64,000 nt of DNA. It comes from Trichoplax adhaerens (taxonomy: Eukaryota > Animalia > Placozoa). Below are positions 43,101-54,673 of the stretch, one piece after another. A program made the translations under genes and the position numbers. The stretch lies in the NCBI RefSeq assembly GCF_000150275.1, contig NW_002060943.1, forward strand, positions 794,239-858,238. The letters run 5' to 3'. The notes beneath the pieces are model-generated. The model was not told where the DNA came from, did not search any database, and saw nothing but the letters and a program-made list of their open reading frames with translations. Every line of letters starts with the position of its first letter. Within the stretch, counting starts at the first letter, position 1.

Positions 43101-46100
43101 TTGTCGATGAATCTTGCTAATGTTGGACTCCTTTGATCGATAGAAGTACAGCACGGTACTGTATAGTGCTCTTTTATTCTATATGCAGAACTATAATTAT
43201 AATATAAGCACCTGATTGATATTTACTTTTCAACTTAATCTCCCTTTGCTATACAAATTCATCGCATGCCATGCTTTGCAAAACAATTTCCATAACTCTG
43301 TAAAACGAAATATATAAATATAGAAAATGTTGATGAACGGGTATATGATTGTAAACCATTATACTACCAGTCTTTAAAAAAAACGCTAATTAAACAGGCT
43401 AAGTCATAACTTATTGCTATTCTATACGAATATGGTGAAGCTACGGAATTTATTAATTCATAAATAATTACCCACTACCTAATACATATATAATGCAAGC
43501 AGAGGCAACCGCATTACTTTAACAACCCCAATCGACAATCTTTTTAGTTTGCAACCATTATCTTCTGATTGCTACAGTAACAGAAAATATGACTTGTCAT
43601 ATGGGAATATAAATGAAATACTTATGACTAAATCGAATAACAAGTAGTTTAGTTACGCATTCGCACACTTGTTTTAACATAACAGATGAACTGGAATCAG
43701 TTAAAAAGGATTGATTGTAGGCGTATGCTGGCACTATTATTGAAGCTACTCTTGCAGGTTAACACATAGACAAAATTAATTAAATAATGAACGAATTAAA
43801 CTAACCTCTAGCTGAAAATGAGGCAGATAATTAATTTATAATAATGCATGTATCAGCCGCTTTAGTTACTCAAAAGATTAAGTTCTCAATTTTTCAATTC
43901 ATCTGCTTTCCGTTTATACAATAAGCAATTACGGTCTGCAATCATATAACCTTATGTTCAAGTTGTATTATTACTATAAGTGTAATAAAAGAAGCTTTCA
44001 ATAAAATTACATACTGTCAACAATTATCTAGTGCCGATATACAGCATAACCACCATTTATTTTCTGTGCGATCTCATTAAGGACCCGATAAAATTCAATA
44101 AGAAGAGTCGCTTTGCAATACGATCTTCACCTACCGAAGTCGCATGTATATTTTCGCCGCAAAAACTAAGTATAACCCAAGTGATGACGAACAAGATATA
44201 TGATTTTTTATGGAATAACCCAAAATATAGCAAGTTATCTTCTCCGGTTTACTGGGATTCCACAGGAGGTATGAATTTTATAATTGTGAATGATTAAGCT
44301 TTAGAAACTGCATTCTAAATATAGAAGATATGCTTTTATCTTATTAAAAATAATAGCCTACATTACTTTTTGTTATACAATGCGAAATGTAGCCAAAGTT
44401 GATTACTGAATCTATTGCAATAGTTCTATTCAAGTAAAACAATAGATACCATACTGTACATAACAGAATGCAATCAATAAATAGCCATTAATTCGTTTCC
44501 TATTTAAAATTATAATTCAAGCGAATAAAAATATACGTTACGGTACCAGATTTAATCATATCGAGCAGGCTGCAGAGAAAACGCCTTTAAACCTTAATAG
44601 TATACCTCAATATGATACTGTTACGGTTTAAGATATTATGTGATAATGTTATTGAAGAAGAAATAGACGGTTACGATTAGATAATCATAAATATTATGAT
44701 CTGTTAATATTGTGAGATTCAATCGTTAATGGACTTCCATTAACGAATGTGTAGAAGTAAGGTACTTAATATGCCAATGACGTGTAATAACCAAAATGGC
44801 GGTTGTCACACTTGTAGGGAATCCGTTAGATCTTAAATTGTTAATTGGCGCTATAATATTATTAGCGCATAATAATATCAATTATCATATATTTGTTCGA
44901 TAGTAATTAATAGGATTACAAAGTTATAGAAAAGACTAAGTTATACATAAGAATAATTAACAGGTGGAAAAGGTGTAGATTTGATACAAGTATATAAGAG
45001 GTTGTAATTTACCTCGCTAGGCAGGAGGAAAATACGGAGACCTAATAAAGTTAGTTTAGTAAATTTATCCAGACGCTTCTAGTCCGCCTTTACTGTTGAC
45101 TGAGGTCCTTCGCTGAAGTGGAGCGAGTAGTGACGCCTGGTGGCAGTTTTACGGTAGGACAGAGGAGAGTAGGATAAGTGTGGAACGGGAATCCGATTGT
45201 TGCAAACGACGTTGTGACAGATACTAATAATTTTTTAGAAAATAAAATTGATTGTTTACGAGCTAAAATTAATATTTCAGAAAATTGATAGGCTTTGAAA
45301 ATTCTTCTCATTATTTTTAAATGCTAATGCTACCTTGTTACATTTCCATAGAGGAAACTAAAGTATACTTTCTCTTCAATTATTTTCACACTAAGCCTGT
45401 AGAGTAGTATCCCACATCTTCTGCGATAAGTATGCTGGTGACTATCCCTGTAAAATCGTAAAGGTAAGCTTTTAAATAATTGCTTAGTTAGTATCTATAT
45501 GTTATTTCATTGATCATTTTCAAATATTACAGTATAGTATCGCCACATGCGATTTTACAGGGGTTTCTTATAAGATTATAATGTTGTAATGTAACTAGTA
45601 TTGTGATTGTAGACTGTTAGCCATGTTTAGTATAATATACGGTAGATATTTATCCTAAGAAATATTTGGTAGCTATAACTATAGACTGTAGTAGTAGAGA
45701 CTCTATGCTAGAATACAGATGACTATATACAGTAAGGTGTTGAGTTACTAATAAGGCTATAGGTAAAAATAGAACTGTAAATCATATATTACGATATGGT
45801 TAATTCATTGTACTTTGGCTGGTGTGAATAATGTCTACGTAAGTACTGTAGTCGTATCCATATTGGATTAATGTTGGTCCGCAGTAGAATAGTCTTACTA
45901 AGAATAATTTAACTATGTGTAAAATAAGGTAAAAGGTTGCCATGCGGATTGTAGCTGCGAATGCTACGAAAAGTATAAAAGCATGCAACTTTAGATTATT
46001 CTGTTAGTTCGTTCTAGAAGTCTTTAGTAGTAGTATTCGGCTAGAGTAGAGCTGTGTGTAGTTAATCTTTGTATAAGATTCAATAAAGCCCTTATTTTTC

Positions 46101-49100
46101 TAAAATTTGGAATCTCGTGATTGGTATATATCCCAAATGTATAACCTATAGTTTGTAACAATATTTAAATACGAGTACATTAATTTAAACATAGTAAAGC
46201 TATATATTGTTGTAAGGTTGCAGCATAAGTCATCTTCTTAATATACATTTCTGTTACTAAAGCTATTACTGAGATAATTGTCTGTTTAAGAAGTTCAATA
46301 AGTCTCCATATTCAATAAGATAAAAGAAACATTGCTACCTAATTTACTATAACCCCACAGTTATAGATCAAGCTACTTTCTACATCTAAATTGGATGATT
46401 TAGCTTATTTCTTCATACTTATTTGGTAACCTAATGAAGTTATTATAAGAGCAAGCAGTACCACTTTTGCACGTTTCGTTGTATTTATATTTGCTCACGG
46501 CCATTAATGTAATCCATCGCTTAGTAACAGTATTTAAATATCAATGCATGATCAATCACTGTAAATTGCATTCAGTGACAAGTATTAGATCTTCAGTTCG
46601 ACATTAATTGACGATCTATACGATATTTCCTTCTATTGCAGCTATTGTTGTGATAGCAATAGCTTATAAACGATAAATCACTGCATACATTCAATCAAAT
46701 AATTAATGTTATATATTTTAAGAATATAAAATCAAATTATTGTATTTTATTGTCATAGTTATGCAATTGGTGGACTTAAAAACTAAAATAAATAGTTTAA
46801 TTTCATTATCGATAATCTCTTTTCAATGTACACAGGATGGTCACAGTAATACTTCTTCACCAGAAGATAAAACAATAATACTACAGAAATATGGCGATGA
46901 AGATTTAAAAATTATTGAAGTTATTGATCAGGATGATCGGCAGTTTTACTTACCTATGCTGCCTGATGGCACAACAAATGAAACGATAGCTATTCGCTGC
47001 CCTAGTGATGTCTTTAATAGCAATGCCACTTCCAAATATCAAGATCCAACAAAAGGATCCATCATTAATTTACAACCTGCTAAACTGGTTATTTCCATAC
47101 TACCTACATCTAAATCCCCTAGTACAACTGATGGCTATTCGAATAAAACAACATCAGCCAAGTTAACGAGTATATTATCGGATACTACCCCAAAATCTGA
47201 TGCTCAAACGGACCAGATAAAGTGTAAGTCTACTAGCACTTAGTCACCTCTAAAATTCGTTATAATCACTCTTCATATTATAATTGATTATTTCACTATG
47301 TTCACTACTAGATATTTTTGCAGCGATTTTAGCCCCTCTAAGTATTATAGTCATATTGGTACTGGTATATATATGTCGTAGGTAAATGCAATATATATTA
47401 TATATATACAATTGTAGCGCAATAACTCGATAGCTTAAAAAATTATTGCTTTTGATAAACTATATGCTGATAAAACCAGGTATTAACATAAGTGCCCATC
47501 CTAATAATCTTAATTCGTTACTTTTATTCAGTAAATCCCCAAAACCAATTCCGGAACCGACGTAAGTTTATCATCTATAAAGAATTATACCAAATTCATT
47601 AATAGCTATAACCTTATATTAAACTGAATTACCCTGTCAAAGAATTGATCAATAATTAATTAAGTTTCAAATCATTATCGTATGAATTAATTAGTGATAA
47701 ATTTTTCCATCAGTGTGTGTCTGAAGGGAAATTTAGAAAAATAATTTATTCCGATATACTGCTACGATGTATACGCCATTAGTGCTCTTGTCCCGAGGTA
47801 TCGTAATTAGATGATAACAAAACTTTTTGAATCTTAAAGCTAAGATTACTAGATTTCTATTTAAATTGTTTCAGTTATTTAACAGGTCTTCAGTAGTAAT
47901 AACAGTCACAGTAGTAGTCAAGAAGGTTACATTAATTCTTAGCAATACTTCTTGCAATTTTCAATTTCGCTGCTGTCTAGCTCCCTTAATTCCTGCTAGA
48001 AAATTTTGCGTTATCCCCTTAAATCGTTACAATTGATTAGTATTCTTTATAAATGACAGTTGCAGTAGTAACCACGAAGGTTTAATCAATTTTTTTCAGC
48101 ATCTCTTCCAATTTCTATCAATTAGCAAAATGATCTATGGTAACATTGCAAGTACAAGGAATTACTACTTGCAATCATGTTTTAGGATGGAAGTTTTAGG
48201 ATTAGAAATTATCCTAAAACTTCCATCCTAAAAGATGATTGCAAGTAATAATTCCTTGTACTTGCAATATTACCATACATCATTTTGCTAATTGATAACA
48301 CTCTTGCATCTCGAATCTATATTTGGAATTTCCTGAAATCAATTAGAAGTTATAGCTAATGGCAGTACCCTGACAAATTCCGTCCGTTGCTATTCTAGCA
48401 TTTTTATGCATCAGCCGTTGCCAAAGATATACCAATTTAATCGCATCATTAATTCACCATGCTTGTAATCATGTCATAAATGACTAGCTAGGATAATTTA
48501 ACAGAATTTAAATAATTTCACCTTCGAATTTATAATTTAATATCTTCAGATGATTAAAGACTACTTTCAATAACTCTCAAAATCATGGCTAATGTCATAC
48601 ATGACTAACTTAGATATTTTAAGTGAATTTAAACAATTGTATTTCATCTTAGTTCAATATCTTCGGACAATTTTACACTACTTTTCAATAGCTTTCAAAA
48701 TAAACAGTTATGTCATAAATCAATAACTTACATAATAAATTTTGCTTCAAAAATTTACGATTTAATATCTTGGGATAAGTTTAGACTTATTTTCAATAAC
48801 TATCGAAATTAAGTATTACGTCATAAATAAGTAACTTAGATCAGATAGACAAATGTGAATAATTTTGTTTCCGAATTTACAATTCAATATCCTCGGACAA
48901 GTATAGACTACTTTTCAATAACTATGAACAGCAAATATTGATCAAATTAATCCATATTTTTTTATTATATTTTCTTATAGGCCTCCATTCTTTCCCATAC
49001 AGCCTGGTAAGTTAGCCGCAGCAAAATTTTAATACCTTGTTATCTTTCTTAAGAAGTTGAAGTAAATTTGACAATTAAACCTTAATAGTATCACCAAATG

Positions 49101-50006
49101 AACCGCAAGTCTCTGAGAGCGATTTGAGTCTAGGAGTAAGAGAAACCTTGATACAAACAATAAACATTGAAATTAACCTCGCTTTTCGCTTAATATAATT
49201 AATAATTAATACTCTTTAACTTATTGCCATAACTATTGTGAGTATCCTTTATATTGATGTAGTAATAAATGAATATTACTTCTTGCATAGCAAACGGGTA
49301 GGCCACCAACAGAAAATTTTCCAAATACCGCAGATTATGGACATGCCAATAATCACATAGATCCGGATGCAATGGATAATTATGGTAAGTCAGTTGGTAC
49401 ATACTCACATTTCCTTCATATTCTTCTCATAAATGAATACTATAAGTCCAATGTAAGAAGGGGGCATATTTTAAATTGTATTTTCCATTCATTTTGATAT
49501 TCTAGGTCGTCCAACAGTAAGTAGAAGATCTTTACTCTTACGGATCATCTCATTTTTCTTATTATCAATGCCATTAGATCGGATTATAAATACTTATTAA
49601 CATATCATCAACTATCATTTCTAAATCCAATCCTATGCGTCATTTCCTCACCTGTATTAGTTCTTTTATTTAATATTCATTAATTTAGAAAATTTATTCA
49701 ATAGCTCAGTGTTGACATCAATGTACAAATATAGCGTTTGCTATTAAATAGATTATCTTTAGTTTTCATATATTTCATTATTTGATCCTTAAATTCATGT
49801 TTATTCCGGCTTTTCCAATAACTGTCAATGTGTCCCCGTAGATGTTAAATAATCATCCAGAGAATAACCTCCATGGCGATGGTGAAAATATTACTACCAC
49901 GAACCAGTCTTTAGGATGTCCGCAATGTATTACTCATCACGCCTTATATAAGAAATCTGGTAAAACAACGGAAGGCGACTATGAAGAATATCTTTTGCGG
50001 CTGTGA
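40139..50006 (+). CDS. Uncharacterised single-pass type I membrane receptor-like protein, paralog A (~578 aa): signal peptide, 2 FN3-like modules, Cys module, S/T stalk, TM, Tyr-containing tail
   Basis: Exons: 40139-40220 (MKFSSISISLLVITLTIRHVAP, signal), 40694-41062, 41520-41680 (AKPVTPTYV..), 44082-44268 (..YSKLSSPVYWDSTG), 45396-45463 (C-x7-C-x8-C), 46836-47223, 47312-47381 (TM YIFAAILAPLSIIVILVLVYICR), 47532-47561, then 47783-47797, 47894-47925, 48041-48079 (these three tentative), 48981-49006, 49291-49384, 49506-49516, 49842-50006. Ectodomain and TM exons align exon-for-exon, with the same phases, to paralog B. Confidence 0.8.
44619..45219 (+). mobile_element. Solo LTR of a different family (601 bp) in intron 4 of receptor paralog A
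   Basis: TGTTAC...GTGACA termini; TSD GATAC (44614-44618 and 45220-45224); TATATAA 44991-44997 followed by AATAAA 45044-45049; GC-richer 3' part; internal hairpin near 44724-44748. Confidence 0.82.
45585..46135 (+). mobile_element. Solo LTR family 1, copy B (551 bp) in intron 5 of receptor paralog A
   Basis: TGTAAT...TATCCCA termini; TSD AATGT (45580-45584 and 46136-46140); internal TATAAAA 45974-45980 and AATAAA 46082-46087; inverted relative to copies A and C. Confidence 0.9.
48116..48297. repeat. 182-bp near-perfect palindrome (87-bp arms, 8-nt spacer) in an intron of receptor paralog A
   Basis: Left arm 48116-48202 is the reverse complement of 48211-48297 with 4 mismatches; spacer TAGAAATT. 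Confidence 0.95.
48468..48926. repeat. Degenerate tandem repeat, 4 units of ~110-120 bp
   Basis: Units start A(T/C)GTCATA at ~48471, 48592, 48710 and 48818, each with AATATC(T/C)T..GA...ACT..TTTCAATA.CT near its end. Confidence 0.8.
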
Positions 50007-53000
50007 GTGTCATTGTATCCAACGTTCTGCCATCGAAGATATCAGTACCTATAGTCAATATAAAGAAACTATAGTCTGATTAAGGGCTTGTTTATTAATA
50101 TAGAACATTCAAACCCATTTTACAACATTTTATGCATTGATCCTGCGTAGACATTAAGTTATATATGAATATCGACTTCTTTTCTCCACATTAATGTGAT
50201 TTCATTAATTAACTAATCAATGTTATGATAGTAACAATTCAACTATGAGGCAAGAAGTTTTGATTTTATTATCTATATGTAGTTCCAATTCACCACAAAG
50301 ATATTTATGATTTTGATTTTAATTAGTTATAGCTTTGACTTGAAGTTATATCTTTTCTTTATGTTTTTTTGAAAATGCAGTATGAAAATTAATGTAATTG
50401 CTATCAGCTTTTGAAATCTTTTCAGTTTGAATACGGGCAGCATCCTTACATTTATTAAATACTATTTGCTCTCCGTTGACTGGAATATCTATAATAAGCA
50501 AGAGTAAAGATATGAGTAGTTTTTTAAATTGCTCAAAGTGTACAGTAGGTATTAGATTGGATTAAGAATATCATTTTTTATATAATTTATTCAAGAAACC
50601 ATTGACTCTAACAAGTACTTTGTAAACGCTGTACTTGTTGGATTTTGATCTTTATTTTTTCTTTTATGTATTGAAATAAAGTTAACGTAATTTTCCACTA
50701 ATGATAATAGGAATGCTATCAATTAATTTTCCTAACACTAGATCAGTTGAAGAAAAACATTTTTAAGTCAACAGCAATTGCTTAAATTTAGCCTACTACT
50801 TAAGAATCCTGACTAATATACTGGCAACTAACTGTATGGAAACTAGATCAGTCGACTTAAAATCATTTTCTGTTTGACATAGTTTCAAACCAAGTTAATT
50901 TATTTCTTATGGATATTTATATGAATATTAGCAGGCAATTTCCAAACATTTTACTAGCTGGTTCAAGATTGTTTAAAGTTTGAAGATAATCAACGAAAAG
51001 TTAGCATTCTCTAATGATTGCAAGCTTGAACACTAGTTTTGAATTTACGTCCAATCAGCTAAAGTTAGCCAACTTATGATGGTTGTGAGCTGGATATTAG
51101 TGTTGAATTTAAATCTAATCTAGAAAACTTCACATATATAATGATCGAATTGTTGTCCAATAAACCATTCTTCCAACTATTTCCTTAAATTGATACAGAA
51201 AAGGATAGTCTACACATAGAGTTAGGAATAGAGATTTATTGCTGCTATTTACATGAACGTACTGGTCATCCAGTCTATCAGTACGATAAGTTAGCCAATT
51301 TTACATCTCAACGATTCTAGTAAAGCAACTTCTAACATTCCATTGATATCAGTCATCTTTTTTAGCCTTTTCGTAAACATATCTATTAAAATTTCTAATA
51401 TTTTTTTTCTGTTTATAAGTAATCAATGCTAACTTATTCCTCAGGACAGTTAATTGTAATACCAGCAAGTATTGCACTCATTGATGCAGAATCATTTTCA
51501 GTTACGTATAATTAATCAAAGTTAACTTATTCCCCATTCATAGTTACTAGAAATGGGCAAGTTCAAGGTCTAAGCTTAGCTTAGCAAACCCATCAGCTAA
51601 AGTTGTGGACTTTATGTTATGTTTCTGCTTGTTAGCAAGGCTCTAAAGTCATGCGAGTACAGTATTGTCACTAGTGCCCATACATTCGTTCATCATACGA
51701 AATAAAATCAATAAGGAAGCTATGCTGATATTTTAATATATTTGATATCTATTTTGTGAGGAGAGTAGCCTAAGTAACCTAAACTAACTTCCTAATATGC
51801 CAAGTACATAGTAGTATTAATTCTAGCAAATCATTTTTTAAGAGCTGCATTAGTTATTTCAAGGTCATTTTAATTAAGGTGCAATTAACTAAAGCCAAGT
51901 TCTGATTGATATTGATTAAAATTCTGGTCGGCGATTCTGAAAGCATTATATCCATTTTTAAGATTATCTTTTTCGGCCTTATACAGATTTGAATAAAGTT
52001 CGCTAACTGTTGTTAATAGTTACTAAAATACCAGAAAGGACTACAAAAACTTTACAATACTAAGCGATTCAAATCCTATTCCTGTTACCAGTAAACAAAT
52101 AACATCGCTTTCGTTAATTTTTTCATAGTTTCGGAATCGAGCAGCAAAAGCTTTACATTTTCCACGAGCTAGGAAATAAGTAATCAGTTACAGAACGGCA
52201 ATTCATTGCATTCCCTAGATTTAACTCATTTATGCAATGAAAATTTAAAGTTAGAAATATTTCTCATTGATTCATAATCGAGAAGATTGACAGATATTTA
52301 TATCCACGAGAATTATAAGCTTTTGTTTTATATTTTCAGAACTTCATTGCCACAATATTACTTGCAATTTAAACACTTTACCAAAATTTTACATTTAAAA
52401 TACCGGTAATTCGTAATCTTTAAGTAATGCATTGAAATAGTAATGTTTTCTGTAGAATATGCTGCTGTTTTTTAGTCATTTTATTTCTAAAATCTACTAA
52501 TGCAAGAAGTTTCCTCTTGCCCACCAGAGCTTTTTAATTTTTTATGTAGTATCTCAAACGCTAGAGAATCAGTAATAAAACTTGTTAATATAAAACTGTT
52601 GTTGTAATCTATATGTTAAGTAAAGTGAGTAGAATAAATTTCGTACTCTTATTCTACAACTATGCTCATTTTAGTTCTAAGTATGTCAAAAAATGCACAG
52701 TATGCTTTGACGATAGTTGTGATGTTATAAAAGGAATAAAGAGTCAGCATGCTGCATTAAGATGGCTCTATACCCTGCCTGCTGAACGATTAAATTATAA
52801 TTAGCACTTCTGAGGTTATCTTCGCACCTTACAAATAAATCAATATACATCAAATTTACATTTACATCACAGTTATATCTTGTGTGAGCTTAACATCACA
52901 TTCGATCCTCACTCGAATGATTTATTTTGAAGTAATGATTTCATGAAAGTTAAAGCATGATTGACAATTTTTCTATCAGGAGAAAGGTACATGGTTATGA

Positions 53001-54673
53001 TTCAGGCAAGAGCTCTACGCTGAGACATTTCCAGCTGTATACTGATACTTATTAGCATGTTAGCGTTAGAATTGCTGAATATCGGATAAATAAATGAGAC
53101 ATATTCTATTATTGGCCATATTAAAATCTAGATATTAATAAGACCGACAGAGTATTGGAAACATAGTACCGACGAGTACCTTATAGATATAAACGTATCA
53201 CCTGGATTTAATGACCTAATCTACCGGGAAGAAATTATTCCTTATGAATACTTTCGAGAAGAACTTTTTAAAATACAAATGTTGAATTATTATTATTAAA
53301 TCGTAACCTTTATGCCTTCAACGATAATTTATACTATTATTAGATGTCGCTTTACGAACATACCATAGTTTCGTTTATGTTGAAAATGCTGAATAAACAT
53401 CTTATTCTACATCACATATATTGAAATATGGTTTGAAATATGATGGATTTATTCCATGGAAAATCTACCGATGGCTATAATGTGCATAAAATTTTCAAAA
53501 CTTAGACAGCGATTGATTATTTATATTGTCAATCATATGATAATTAATAAGGAAATCAATTCTACAACTATCATAGTTGTTTTTATCCTCTCCTCACAAC
53601 TTGCTATTGTAATGTTGCCGATTTTAAAAATGATTAGATTCTATTACATTCTATAACGAATAAGGTATCGGTTTATCATCTTTCCTCTTCTGATATTAGA
53701 CCATGATCCATCTTAATATAAGCATGCAACGCCCTTAATTTAAAGGTAAAAAACATGGCTTACGTTAGTTTGGATAGTAATATTTAGATATAGTTCCTTA
53801 AATAGTATCATTGTCTTAAATCAGCAATTTGTACTGGTGTACTACCTCACTAAATAGATAATGCTTAAGTTCTTTGAAAGTTAAGAAAGGAAATTAGGAA
53901 GACCGAAAAGTTTGAATGAGTTTTATTCTTATTTCACTTTGCAAATCTATCAGTTTTGGATTAGCTCTGGATCCAGTTTGTTGTTGTTAACTTTTCGAAT
54001 TACTTTATTTATGTTTTCACCGAAACTCGACTCTTTCATGATAATATCATGATAATATCATCTCATTAACTACTCACAGCAATCTAATTGAAAAATTATT
54101 ACCTTGGATTAATCAATAAACAATCGTGTTAATCTTTAAAAAAAGAACAAGGAATAGCAAGGCAAATAAAAAGACCTGTGTATAACACTATATCCAGTCT
54201 TGTAGAATATTTTATTATTCATTGAATTATAAATAGTTGCTATTATTTCATGATGTGGGATATCTAGTTTACAAGCTTGCTGTTTTACTATTGCAATCGA
54301 TTACAACCAATTTCACTATTTTAAGCCAAAGTATTTCAATTGCTTCATTCAAGGAAAAATCAACATTTCTTGCATTAAAGCATCCTATTCATGCTCTTCT
54401 CTTCATGCTTGCTTGTATCATTGAAATAACTGGCTACTATTTTATTCGAATTTATTATTTCGATTTTTCAAGGCCATAGTTGTAGCAACGCCCAATTACT
54501 CTGTTAGTACAACAAATGTTTGTGATTTCTTTCAACAAATTCAAAGCATTTATCAATAAATGGTAATTATTAACCGTAGGGCGCCCTCTTTGTTCTTCGT
54601 TACTAGGATTAGGCTAAAAATCCAATTTTTTTCAAAATTCACTCATTACATTAACAAATAGTTGAAGGCCATC

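Noticed and set aside
52613-54479. Short ORFs between the two receptor paralogs
   Set aside because: No motifs, no splice chain and low-complexity composition.
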